DNA of 61,103 nucleotides, filler included, from Gonapodya sp. JEL0774 (GCA_027604505.1; 12 parts of 12 records of this genome joined end to end with filler, not necessarily neighbours in it), one strand, 5' to 3'; shown: positions 10,774 to 23,550, counted from the whole stretch's first letter. The notes: generated by a model from the sequence alone, not told the origin. Numbers and translations are program-made.

Positions 10774-12120
10774 TCAATGATCATCTTGCACACTCACTCC
10801 CTCGACCGTCACGCACCCGTGTCCATCCCAATCAAACAGAGCCGCTGGCCACGTTCTCCTCGCAATCGTGATCTCTCTTTGAATTCTTGAAGCGATACCG
10901 GGAACGTATCCAGAAATATGCACTTTTGAACCAGAACGGTGGTGAAGGAGCTGAATGAACGTGCTCTGCAAGGTGCCCACGTTGTGGACACCCCATATGT
11001 CCGAGTCATGGATCGGAACGTGTAGTTCCGGCAACGAGACAATCACGGAAAGCTCCTGCAGACGTGGCATTTTGTGTATCAGCTCTTTCAAGGCAGACGT
11101 CAACTCCTCACAATCAATTGTCCCGATATCGCCAACTGCCACAGAAACAATCAATTTCTTCACCAAGGAGCCGTTTGGATCGTGCCGGAATTTCATGTGT
11201 TGTAGTTCCCACGTTCACCACGTTGGGGGAGGCCACGAGTATTTCAACGAGGGAAGGGATGGACATCGTCAAGCCATCATCTGAGTAGACCGAATCCACA
11301 ATAGAGCGCCTTTCGACGGACACTGTGGCGAACACATCCGTCGGGCTGACCGTTTTCACCTGCGAGTTTGCAGGGGTCGAAAAGTCCACCATAAAGACAT
11401 CGTGCCGGTGGGAACAAGTGAAGCAGAGCGCAGGCTAGTTCTGAGTCCTCTCCATGGTACATAGGCTCAGCTACCCAAAGCTCCCGGACACTTGGAGCTT
11501 GATATCCAGACGGTGCGATCACGTCAAAATCGATGTAAAGGTAGAATCTGACGTGGTGCACAGCGGAATTGCGAACGAGTTTGAGCATGTTCACAACGGC
11601 TTCCTCAAACACGTCATGATCGACAGTAGAGAAGTTCTCGTCTGTGATCCAAGAGACTTGCGACAAGTGGAACCTGCGCGACCTGGGAGGTGCGCGACAT
11701 GGCGGGCATGCTTGATCCTCGTTGCGGAATCCCGAAAGCTCCCACAAGTCTCGCTGCAAAGAGGCAGGACCACCTAACTCCCCTTGCTGTAACTCCTGGT
11801 GGTCCATCCTTGCAAGCACATCCAGGGACAGCTCGACCGTTGCTTGAATGCTGCACCACGTCACCGGTTCTCCGACTTCGAGATGCTCACAGGTCATAAA
11901 CTCGTCGAGCAGCACAGAATAGGCATTGCTTGATGCGAAATCGACGATGTTGATCGTCAGTTCAACCCCGACAGCTCCTCCAGCACATCCAGGTATTGCA
12001 TCAAAGGAACACTCGCGCAACCGCCGGGAGAGTCGTCGGACGCAACCGTAGAAGGTCACCGGGGGTAGGTACCGGAAGATGCGGTGGAGAGTTTCCACGG
12101 GGAGTGCTTCAATCGGAGGA
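10774..12120 (-). pseudogene. F-box-like (LRR-like C-terminus) gene, probably frameshifted
   Basis: IEALPVETLHRIFRYL...CVRRLSRRLR F-box motif. Coding potential is split over three frames (11277-12098, 11114-11392, 10774-11196, ending in MPRLQELSV). No in-frame ATG; 13-bp tandem duplication at 12123-12148. Unrecognised introns are not excluded. Confidence 0.55.
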
Positions 12121-12702
12121 TTGTCTGCGTGTGGGGTCTGCGTGTGGGGTGTGACGAATGACGGTCAAGGTTCTGTAGAAATCTTTTGTGCGTGGTCCTC
12201 CTCCTCCTCCGGGACAGAGGTTCACTCAGTACTTAGACGTAATGATGTACACTTAGTCGGAATACAATGGAATTAACTTTGTATCCTTCTACAATCCTTA
12301 CTCGCCCAAATGCGGCGCATTCAGTTCACAGCGCACCGCTGCACATTCACAGGACCCCAAGTCGCTGCGCTGCGATATCCAACAATGTTACTATTTGTAG
12401 TGTGATGTGTCATGTGGTGGCCGTAGATCAACGTGAAGTGAATATACAATCAATTATTATACTTGTCCGGCTTCGGATATATCCCTAAATCGACAGATGG
12501 GGATGACTGCAATCCTCGAAGAGTAGAGAGTCTTAGTCTCTCAGAACTCCAGTGTCCAATCACTCGACAACACTTTCAACGCTGTGCATGTGTCATTGTC
12601 TCCTCTCGCATCGTCTGGTTCCCCACGGCCCAGACAGCCCATGACCCCCATTCTCGCCTGAGCTCGACACAACCTGCTCACACAGGGCACGGGCACTGTC
12701 TT

Positions 12703-13191
12703 TCAAGAAGATGAAATAACTCTATCAGTCCACCTCCTCGCCTTGTTCCCCGACGAATCCCTGAGCGCTGCGACCTCCTTGGCGACGTCCTGAACGGACA
12801 GGTTCCTGACGAGAGCGTACTTTTTCGCTCCGTGCGCATACGTCGCGACGATGAACGGGTGTTGGGCTTTGCCCGACTGGATAGGGGTGACTGCGAACTC
12901 GATGGTGGGGTTTTCTTTGGCGAACTGGGGGAGTTTGGTGGTAATGAATTCGATGATTCCCCTACTGCTTCCCCCGCGGCCCCATTGAGGGGGTTCGTAA
13001 GCGAAGAGTAATTTGTGGCAGGGGAGGACGAATGAGGCAGAACCGTTTTTGGCGGTTGAAGAGGGAGGGGCGGGAGAAAGGGGATATGAAGAAGAGGGAA
13101 CTGCCGAGGAAGGGGAAGAGGGAAGGGGGAAGCGAGGAGTTGTGTTGATGAGACCGATTTCACGGGCGAGACGGAGTGCGATGCGAGACAT
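12703..13191 (-). CDS. MRPL51: Mitochondrial ribosomal protein mL43 (yeast MRPL51)
   Basis: NGSASFVLPCHKL...GGSSRGIIEFI...HPFIVATYAHG...VRNL...LRDSSG matches the L51/S25/CI-B8 family. ATG at 13191. Confidence 0.88.
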   Translation of the reverse strand: MSRIALRLAREIGLINTTPRFPLPSSPSSAVPSSSYPLSPAPPSSTAKNGSASFVLPCHKLLFAYEPPQWGRGGSSRGIIEFITTKLPQFAKENPTIEFAVTPIQSGKAQHPFIVATYAHGAKKYALVRNLSVQDVAKEVAALRDSSGNKARRWTDRVISSS

Positions 13192-13394
13192 CTGTGTGGT
13201 GAAGCGGGGAAGTGGGGAGACGTGGAGTGGAGGGGGAGCTGGGGACTTGGTGGTGGCACGGGCACAGAGTGACCACAGTCGACAAGAGCAATCGGGCTTC
13301 ACTCCTTCACACCTGCACACAACACACCAATCACCCCACTGTGCAATCCCCGCACACCCTGCACCCCTGCATCCCCAGACCTGCATCCCAGGGA

Positions 13395-15306
13395 ATGCTG
13401 TCCACGGGCTGTGTCTCCCTCTTCCGCCATTCTGTCTCCCGCTCAATCCCCTGCTCATCATCGCTCATCCACTCTCTCTCCATGTCTCCATCCATCCCAA
13501 TCGCCCGCTCTCCCTCCCTCTCCCGCTCTTCCCGCTCTTCCTCCACGCTCTCCACCGACTCTCGTCTCTCCCACAAAGTACTCACAATTGACTCAATCAA
13601 TCCAAACGTCAGAAACGCTCAGTATGCGGTCAGAGGTGAACTCGCAATCCGTGCAGAGCAGCTCAGAAATGTCAGTGTCTGTTTCGCTCCGTTTTTTCTG
13701 TTTTTATTTCTTTGGTTTTGTGGTTCTCATTCCCGAGATTCATCCGCGACCGGATCCCCATCGGATTCATTCTCCCCGCACCCTCCACAGCTACTCGAAT
13801 CCAAACCCTCTTCCCTCCCCTTCGATTCAATCACAAACGTCAACATTGGTGGGTGCAGTCGCCCATTCATCACTCTCCATCCCCATTCATTCCCATTCAT
13901 CCCCCCAACTCGCACCCTGCCCTGTCGCACCTTCACCCGTCCCCTGCACACGCCACACCACAGGCAACCCCCACCAACTCGCCCAAAAACCGCTCACCTT
14001 CATCCGCCAAGTTCTCGCCCTCTGCACATACCCAGACCTCCTCTCCAACCCACACCTCGCGTCCACTTTCCCCTCTGACGTCGTCCAAAGAGCAAAGGAG
14101 ATGGTCCACGCCGCGGGGGGCAGTGTGGGCGCATATAGTCATTCGAAAGGTGCGTTGGAGGTGGTGGTGGAGGGTTGAGTGTTGTTGGGAAATTGGGAGG
14201 GGTCTGGGAGAGGTTGAGGACAGTGGATAGATAGTATCGGGTCTGAGGTTGGTTCGAGATGCCAAGGTGTAAGCGGGAGGGCGGGTGGCAGGCAGTTGAG
14301 AGACAAACAAGAGTGCGGTGTGGGCTCGAGATACGCAGGGTACGGTTGTGATCACCCCGAAGCCCAGGTCGAGCATCTCACTCCGCCCTCGGCGGTCTTG
14401 ACTGACCCGCACATCCACCTCATTCCCACTTATCTCTCTCCTTCCCCGACTCCTCAACTGACGATTTGCTATCACGACAGGAATCCCCCTCATCCGCAAC
14501 CACATCGCCCAGTTCATCCAGGAGAGGGACGGGTACCCGGCGGACCCGGAGACCATATTCATGACGGCGGGGTGAGTTGGCGAGGGCGGGGGGGGATTGG
14601 CGGTATGGGAATAGGGACGGGGACGGGGAAAGGGGCGATTGGAGGGTGGAGCGAGAGGTGAAAGGCGTGGCCGTGTGCGAGTGTGGTGGTGTGGTACGCA
14701 TCGGCACGTACACGGCAGACTCAGTCACTCGAGCGCAGATCAGTGAAAATCATGGCGGCACCTCTTTGTGTACAAACCCCACAACCCTCACTGCTCCCCT
14801 TGCATCCCGATCCACTTTGGGAATGGTGGAGCGCAAGGTGGCGGTGAGCACTGGGGGCGCATGTGATATGGGTGTGTGTGGTGGACGGAGACTTGGCCGG
14901 CATGGGCAGAGTCACTTGGTTGCAGAGTGGGAACGTGCAAATTGAATGACACCACGTCTGAAACCCACACTCCTCCCATTCCACTCCACCCTCACCGCGC
15001 CATCCCTCCCCATCCCCCCAGCGCCTCCCCCGCCGTTCAACTCATCCTCTCCCTCCTCCTCTCCTCCCCCAACTCGGGCATCCTCATCCCCATCCCCCAG
15101 TACCCCCTGTACACCGCCTCCATCGCCCTCTCGGGCGGCACCGCGGTCCCGTACTACTTGGACGAGGAAAACGGATGGAGGGTGGACACCGCGGGGATCG
15201 AAAGGGCGGTACGAAAGGCCAGGGGGGAAGGGATCGAGGTGAAGGCGGTGTGTGTGATCAATCCGGGGAATCCGACGGGGAGTGTGTTGGGGGAGGGGGA
15301 TATTAG
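13395..15306 (+). CDS. ALT1: Alanine aminotransferase (PLP-dependent), spliced, 3' truncated
   Basis: YAVRGELAIRAE, NIGNP(H)QL, GAYSHSKG, IPIPQYPLY and VINPGNPTG motifs. Introns include 14150-14480 and 14572-15021. In-frame ATGs at 13395 and 13482. Confidence 0.95.
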
Positions 15307-15406
15307 NNNNNNNNNNNNNNNNNNNNNNNNNNNNNNNNNNNNNNNNNNNNTTAATTAATTAANNNNNNNNNNNNNNNNNNNNNNNNNNNNNNNNNNNNNN
15401 NNNNNN

Positions 15407-16709
15407 TCAGCAATCATTTCGGCTGTCAAGCTCTCTCGGCAGATTTTCCATCGCATGCACAGTGTTGGTATTTTTATCAATGATGCAAGTGTGGATCATG
15501 ATTTTGACGTCTCACATCCGGTCTTTTAGTATTCCGAGTACAGGATCTCAATCTCGATTCACCTTGTTGCATTGTAAGATCCCGATTATCAATTTTGTTA
15601 CTGCAAACTTGCTCGATCTGATTTTTGGGTGCTCGCAGCTTGACTTTGGCCATTCTAATCGAGGTGATGTCGTTTGTGTGGTCCCCTTCATCTCTCCGAG
15701 GTACCTCATTCAACATTACAGAGCAAGTACCTCAATCCAACCCTCGTCGTGTTCCTCGCGATATTTTCGGACATTGCTGTGCTCATGATTGCATACGATA
15801 GAGCCCCCTTCTCCCCTGCTCCAGTGCATTGGTGAGGAAAAGTAGATATCAATTCACCGTGGTCATCTGCCAATAGAACCGTTCCTGCGTCAAGGAACTT
15901 GGGCAAGCTTTTCACCATCGCAGTCATACTTGCCGTTGTTCTCGTCGCTGCGACTTTCATTGTGCAAACGTCCACCTTCGTTCCGGATCCTTGGGCTGAC
16001 TCTTGGGAAGCGGTTGTATTTTTGGAAGTAGCGCTTACTCAAAATTGGCTTATATTTTCTACGAGGACAGCAGGTGCATTCTGGCAATACTTGCCAAGCT
16101 GGCAGCTATTTTTCGCCGTGATGGTGGGTAACCGCGAGCAAACAAACCGGGTAACTCGGCATTTGAGTTCACTTCGTATTGCTTCAAGGGGGTCGATATT
16201 ATTGCATCTCTTTTCGCCGTATTTGGTTGGTTTTGTACGGCGATAAACATTGTTGATGTTGTCAGGATATGGTTGTTTTCTTTTGGTGAGCTGGTTTTGA
16301 GACAGCAATAGCCGCATGAATCTAATTCCATTCTTTCATGCCGCGCGAAGGCGTATTTCTCGTGATGGACGTTATTCAGCGTATATTAGCAGAGTCGCGT
16401 TGGCTGGAGAAAATATACATGAGACAAAAGAAGTCCGAGAGTGAAAACGAAAAAATGAGGAAACTCGAGGACAGGCTGTCGTGAGTTGCTTGCCGATGAA
16501 TCGCATTCGATGGAAAAGTAGCATGCTAACGTTATCACACAACTGCACCGCGGGCCGCGTAAAGTTCGTTGGAGAACATGCGCCTTTCTATGCTAATGCC
16601 AACGTCAATGAGTGGTACGCCTCAAGCAGGAGATCGGGAAAAGGGTCTCGTTGGAGCGCATGCATCGGATGCACACTCGAAAGTCGATGGAGAAAAGAAG
16701 CACGCGTGA
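15407..16709 (+). CDS. PMA1: Plasma-membrane P-type H+-ATPase, 3' part (copy 1), spliced
   Basis: [31 protein letters not shown] (TM6 Asp), [16 protein letters not shown] and PSWQL motifs. The inferred last exon ends at TGA 16707-16709. Confidence 0.92.
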
Positions 16710-17416
16710 GGCTTATGCACCTCCGCGAGTTGAGGCGGCGGGAATTTGGAGAAGGGATTCCATCCAGTGGTATATCAAAGTTCGGAATTCACAAATTCAA
16801 TTGTGTGTGCATAACTACGGTACTGAGGGACTTTCCCAACCAAATTCTGTATCACCGTAGGACACGCGTTTTGGACAGCCAAGAATAAGAATATACTGTG
16901 AATATACATGAGCATCTAGTAGTGAGATTAGTCTGCCTCTGCATCTTACTCACCTGCACGGTTAAGACGATAGTCGTGCATGAAGCGTCCAACAACAAGT
17001 CCGGCGAGCGCATTATCATAATCTAATAACGAACAATCTCTCTGGGGACCCTGGACTCGCCCAACACTCTGGGAGTCACACTAATAAGCACGCTTGTCAG
17101 TTATCACGAAGTGTTCTTTCCAATTGTAGGCGTTGCAGTTACGTCATCGTGATGATCCCAACGCCCAGTGTGCGAAGGGCAGTGTGCCAAGATACTTGGC
17201 CCCTCGTGGACCCCCACACGGGTCCATCACTACTCCCGGGCTCAGCGACCAATCTCTTGATCCCATGTTGATAAAGGTCTCAAAAACTCAGCCAAATGCG
17301 GATAAAGCGGACAGCGGTCTATCTTTGGTGGGAGTGCGGCTTTTGTATGTTTATCCAGCCGTGGATATAACTTCCCATCGCATCGCACTCACGAACAGAC
17401 CGTTTAGATCGTTGAC

Positions 17417-20400
17417 ATGGCGAGCTCTAACTCTACTGGACGACCTGAGATGACTAACAATCGGGCAACAGACATTCTTGTGAATTCCTCATTGCTGTCC
17501 GACCATCATGACATCACTGCAGCTGCCCCCCTTCTCACCAGCTCCTTGAGTCCAATTTCAACCTCGAGAGTCTCCTACCAAGAAAGAAATCGCACTTTCA
17601 CTGACATGACACTAGGGAATACCGACTTCGCACCCGCAAATCACGTTACGTATTCCTCCACGACGGAAACAGAGATTCCAACCATTTCGATGACATCAAA
17701 TCGCGCACGGAGCTCTGGGGGCCGAAGGAAAAGCACGATGGAAGCTGTGCTCAGCCAGCGATTGGAGGGATCGCCGTCGGGAGTCACGTCACCCAATCCA
17801 TCTCTTGGCGGCGACACGCACATTGTTGATATCGGCCAAGGCCACCTATCAAAGCGCAGGCACTCTGTGAAATCTGGAGCATCCGAATTCGGTGTCTTTG
17901 CAGCTTCTTCCTTTCCGGTCGGACCAGGGATGCCGCGCACGCTTACTCTTGGTATGGGACTTCGGAAATCTGATAGATATGAGGATACAGACAGCGATGC
18001 AGAGGGTGAGGCTGACGACGAGGAGCTGGAGAAGGAATTTGAGCAGGAAGATTTACTTGAAGCCCAGCTCAAAGCAGGAGGAGGCGGGGACAAGTCAGAG
18101 AATGGTGATGCTGGGTCATATAAGGTAAGGTTTGATGTTTGAATGGCGACGGTCACAATCATTACGATTTTGCCTTTGGGATACCTTTTACTTTCAGGTT
18201 CCCGAACACCTTGTTCAGACTGATCCTCGCAATGGTCTTACCGAAGAGGAGGTGCACGCTCGTACGAAGAAATGGGGAAGAAATGAACTCCCCGAGGAGA
18301 AGGTCAGCGAAGCAGTCTCCTCTACAAATGCTGTAGCTTTGTCTCAACTTAACACTTGCCTAATAGACCAACCACTTCTTGAAGTTCCTGGGCTACTTTA
18401 CTGGGCCGATCGAAATCCTTATCATAATTGCAGGTAGTACATTCTGTCGGGCTTTTGATCACTCGCAACCAAGAATGTATCTTCTTGTGTATAGGATGTA
18501 TTGCTGCTGGTTTGCAGCGTTGGATCGATCTTGGGGTAATCGCGGCGCTGCTCCTGTTAAATGCATCTGTCGGTTTCATCCAAGAGTATCAAGCGGGAAA
18601 TGTTGGTGAGCTGAACTTGCATGAGAGTTATTCAACTCATGCAGCATAATTTAGTGTTTTGTTTCTCGACAGTTGATTCTCTCAAATCCGCGCTCGCTTT
18701 GAAAGCCACCGCCATACGGGGAGGAGTGCCGAAGGAAATCGAAGCAAAAAGTTTGGTACCGGGTAAGTTTCTTTTCGGCCTTCCCTGCCATCCACACTTC
18801 ACAAGTCCTCTCTCGAATTAGGCGATGTCATTGCGATTACCGAGGGCGATGTTTGTCCCGCAGACGCGAGGCTACTTGGTGAAGATTCTTTCCTCCAATT
18901 AGATCAATCTGCGATTACTGGTGAGACCTGTAATCTCACTGATGAAGTGGATCTGCGATAGAATGGCCATTGTTCTATCATCCAGGGGAATCTCTCGCTG
19001 TTACCAAGCGCTACAATGATATGCTTTATTCAAGTGAGTTTTGGTCCCTCTCTTCTCTCACGGAAGTCCACTTGAGAACTGTACGTGTGATTCAGGTTCT
19101 GCCGTGAAGCGTGGATCGGGTTTAGCAGTCATCATCGCGACTGGTCCTAACACTTTTGTTGGTCAAGCGGCAGTTCTGGTCTCGCGCGGTAAGTCACATC
19201 TCACAGATCCGATGAATGCGAACTGTGATTGCTGTAACGTACCTCTCAAATAGCCCAAGGAGTTGGTCACTTTCGGAAAGTTCTCAATCAGATCGCATAC
19301 GCGCTCATGTTCATGGACTTGATTGCGGTTATCGCGGTAGGTTTTGTGCTCACACTCATTGTTCCAAAGGCGTATCAAACGTGTTTCCATTCAGGTTTCG
19401 ATTGCAGCGCTGTATCGGGGTGAATCAATTCTTGACATGCTCTTGTTTATAATGATTCTGACAGTTGTAGCTGTTCCGAGTGAGTACTGGCCAACTCGAT
19501 GATCTGCAATCGAAGCTGAACAAAGACGCATGGAAACTCACCACCTTTCCAGTTGCTCGTAAGTTCAGTTATTTAATGCTACACTGAGATCCGCACATTA
19601 AATCACGTTGTTCGGAAGTTCCGGCTGTTGTAACCACCACGATGGCTGTTGGGGCAGCAATGCTTGCCGAAAAGCAGGCAATCGTTTCCAGGCTTACATC
19701 AATCGAGGCTTTGGCTGGGGTGGATATCTTGTGCTCGGATAAAACTGGAACGCTCACAAAAAACAAGTTGACGGTAGGTGGTTGCCAATAGGTCTGACCT
19801 TCGAGTTTGTTTCTCAGAGAATACTGATCTCCGCCCTTCCAAGGTTCATGATCCTTACGTGCTTCCTGGACACCTCTCTGACGAGCTCTTCCTGGCTGCT
19901 GCACTTGCAAGTCATCGTTCGGGTCGTGGAATCGACCCCATAGACAAAGCCATTATGAAGACACTTCGCAAATACCCAGAGGCAAAGAGAGCGCTACATG
20001 GTTTCAGGGTACATCTCAAATTTACTCAAGGCAGCTTTCTGTTACTAAATATAGCTATCCTACAGACGATCGACTTCCAGCCCTTTGACCCTGTGACGAA
20101 ACGTATCGTATGTACCTGTGAACGTAAGGGTGTGACTTTCAGGGCCACGAAAGGAGGTAAGCCAGCCCCACGATTAAAATTCTAGCAAAATTTAAATTGT
20201 TGATCTGAAATTCCAGCGACAAATGCTGTTCTGCAATTGGCTAGCGCGGAAGGCCAGATTCCCGAATCAACGCTAAAGAATTACAATCAAGCCGTCAAGG
20301 ACTTTGCGGACAACGGGTGTGTATGGCGCCAAAAACGATTGATTTTGATTGTTTGTGCTCATTTCGAGAGCGATCAGATTCCGTTCTCTTGGAGTTGCGT

Positions 20401-20434
20401 GGAAAAGGGGGAACGATCCGTGGGTCTTACTCGG
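17417..20434 (+). CDS. PMA1: Plasma-membrane P-type H+-ATPase, 5' part (copy 2), spliced, with long disordered N-terminus
   Basis: [66 protein letters not shown] (phospho-Asp codon 19738-19740) and [10 protein letters not shown] motifs. Confidence 0.95.
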
Positions 20435-20744
20435 NNNNNNNNNNNNNNNNNNNNNNNNNNNNNNNNNNNNNNNNNNNNTTAATTAATTAANNNNNNNNNN
20501 NNNNNNNNNNNNNNNNNNNNNNNNNNNNNNNNNNAGCAAAGAGTTTCTTCCACTTCTCGTCGAGCTCAACTCGATCTTTATTTGGTGAATGCAATATAAT
20601 ACAAAATGCCAGTTCTGGATGTGTTTCACGCCGGACAAAATATTTAGGTGTTGAAAGACGCCAAACATCAACCACCGCGAGAGCCATAAGTAGCGCTGCT
20701 CCCGCCACAACGAGTGCTTCGCCTTATCCGCCAGCTTATACCCT

Positions 20745-21687
20745 TTAGAAAAGTCCGTTGAAGGTGTTCTTTGTAGAGGAACAGTCAGCAATTGAAATGT
20801 CAGAGAAGATTTGCGAGGAAACTCGACTCCAAGAAACGTCCGGTGAGCGGTCGAGATCATGATACTTACGTGGAGTGCAGCGTTCACAGGAACCTGAATC
20901 GCAAACTTTCCATATCCGCCCTGGCTTCCTTTGGGCCCCTGTGTGATGCAAACCCCCCGGACCTCCACCGTGGTTCCAGCGATACCATCAGTCCCAAGAT
21001 CCCAGGTGAACGGTCCCGAAGTCTGCGGGGCCGCATTGCCGTCGTTGAGGGGTGCGGACTGAACAATTGTGGAACCCATCTTGCCGCACCCTCGCCATGG
21101 ATAGTGCATCATGTTTTTAGCGGGGCAGGTCATTGTGCCGATGTGCCGGGGCATGTTGGGAGCAGGAAAATCTTGGATCCAGACGATGAGACCGACGAGG
21201 ACTTGGGAGGCGTTCTTGGTGGACACTTGGAACGACGATGTTTTCATGACTAGGTGAAAATGCGTTACTAATTAGTTCCATGCCACATGGATGAGCGAAT
21301 CAGACAATCAAAAAATTTACCTTCGGTGCCGTTCACAATACTCGCGGTGCACAGGTCCTGTGCTGTGTATGGTGGGGCAAGTTGATGGTGATACTCAGCA
21401 ATTTTCACCATCGCGTCGTCCTCCTAGGAGGATGAGAATGGTTAAAGAAAATGATATCTGAATCCGCGTTTCTTTCGATGATCAGGATCGTGAAGAGCGT
21501 CAGTGCCTACTTGCAAGTAAGGCACAACCATACCCAAAGATTGGGGTGCGCCGTAAGCCTGGTCAAGCACATCACATATGTAAGAGGGAATCAAAGTCCC
21601 GTTTGTGAAAGCTGAAGCTCCTTGGAGTAAGATCGCGGTCGAGGCGAGTGCAATGATGCAGCGGATCAAGGCGGACGAGCGAGGCAT
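20745..21687 (-). CDS. Secreted Cys/His-rich Reeler-like protein, array copy A (4 exons)
   Basis: Signal peptide then FTNGTLIPSYIC. Exons 21511-21687, 21321-21423, 20870-21249 and 20745-20768, with phases matching copies B-D. Confidence 0.85.
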
Positions 21688-22127
21688 GGCTCTATCCAGG
21701 TGTCTGATAGCGAAGGATTAACCACGGCAAAGTGGAAAAGAAGACGGATCTCGAGTGTAGTAGCTTTAAATGGTGGAAACGGGAACGAAAGTTGCCAAGA
21801 CGCGTTCTCTTCGTAGGCATCCTTTTCCCCGTCCTCATTGAAGATCAATATGAACCCTCAAAGTGCGGCCTGAACAATGTGGGCGAGCGACCAACGTACG
21901 CCGCGCGCGCGAGGATCGAACATCGGAAGTTCATATTATTGATAGATCGGAATCAGTGGATCGTCAAGTGTTCTTCCTCGGTACCCCTCCGATTTCAACA
22001 CAAAGAGTGCCAAGAACAGATCGTAAAAATTAACAAACAGTACATTGTGTGAGACATAAACCGTACCAGCCGGTTGCTATTACATGACCATGCCGCTTCG
22101 GAAACGGGAATTGGATAATCGAATGGT

Positions 22128-23067
22128 TTACCAGTGAGCAAATCCCCAGAAAGTATCCTTTGGAACCAGGGCAGGATCAGTAGCTCCGTTAAAATTGATT
22201 GATATTGCAAACAACAACTAGCTGAATAGCGAACATACCTGCAGTGCTTGGGTAACAGGGAGGTCAACTGCGAACTTTCCGTATCCACCCCCAACACCAT
22301 CGTTGGGCGCTTCAGTGATGCACACGCCACGAACTTGAACCGTCTTCCCCGCGATACCATCGTTACCGAGCGTCCATGTGAATGGTGCCGAAACAGCAGG
22401 GTTGGCCGAGCCGTCCCCAAGCGCGGTGGAGTGAACGATCGTGGAACCCATCTTTCCACACCCGCGCCAAGGATAGAGCATCATGTCCTTGCCCGGACAC
22501 GTCATGGTGCCAATGTGCCGGGGCATGTTGGGTGCGGGGAAGTCTTGGATCCAGACGATGAGGCCGACGATGGCGTGGGTGTTGTTCTTGGCGCACACAG
22601 AGAAGCTCGTGGTTTGTGTTACTAGAGGGCCCAGAATAGATGGTGTGCGTTGAAAAGGTGAGAAGAATCTGTGAACCTTTGGAACGGACCGACCACGCAC
22701 CTTCGGTTCCGTTCACTATGAACGCGGAGCATAGATCTTGGGCGGGGTACGGAGCCGTGTGCTGATGGTGGTACCCAGCGATTTTCATCATAGAGTCGTC
22801 TTCCTGGGTGGAGTGCATGAGCAGACCCAGAATATCAGACTACTGCTACGAACTCCGGCTCACAAGAGAACACATTGTCCCAAACCAACTCACCTGCAAG
22901 AACGGAACGACCATCCCCAAAGACTGCGGAGATCCGTTGGCCATATCAAAGTTATCACAGATGTATGAGGGAATGAGAGATCCGTTCGTGAAAGCGGCTG
23001 TTTGGGGCACCAAGAGCGCAGCCGATGCGAGGATGGCAGTTGCGACGAGTGAGGTGAGAGGTGTCAT
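22128..23067 (-). CDS. Secreted Cys/His-rich Reeler-like protein, array copy B (4 exons, ~229 aa)
   Basis: Exons 22894-23067, 22701-22803, 22239-22621 and 22128-22157. Shares GLIVWIQDFPAPNMPRHIGT, YPWRGCGK and VRGVCIT..GGYGKF motifs. Confidence 0.88.
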
Positions 23068-23550
23068 TGCAAACGATCTAGACACGGTGGTAGCGAATGC
23101 TTTTATTGAAATCCGATTTGGCAGATGCTTGGCTCGAAATGGAGAAACGGTTCTCGATGCTTTTATACATACTGTGTTGCGGAGCCAAGACGTCCCCACG
23201 GATGCTTGGCAGGTCGACGCCCCGATCACAGGGCACAACCGGCGACCTATTCTCCAAGGGACACTTCTCACGGGAAGCACTGTGAGAACTACCAAGCAGT
23301 GAAGAAAGAAGTGACATCGAAATCGCGATGGCTTCATTGGCGGGCGCGGTATTCAACTCAGTTGCCTTGGCACTCGATAGTGAAACACAACATATGTAGC
23401 TACATTGTGTTTGAATTATACGCATTACTGCAGACTTTCCAGTTTGTCTACATAAAAACCGTGCCAGACGGCAACTACAGCAAAAAAAGTGTAAATGTGA
23501 CATTGAATCAATCTGCCAGAAAACCTATCCACCTCCCCAAAATGTACCCT

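Noticed and set aside
13013..14945. Many overlapping antisense and alternative-frame ORFs (also 33743-35204 and 57223-60062)
   Set aside because: Shadows of GC-rich, low-complexity exons and introns of recognised genes, with no independent motifs.
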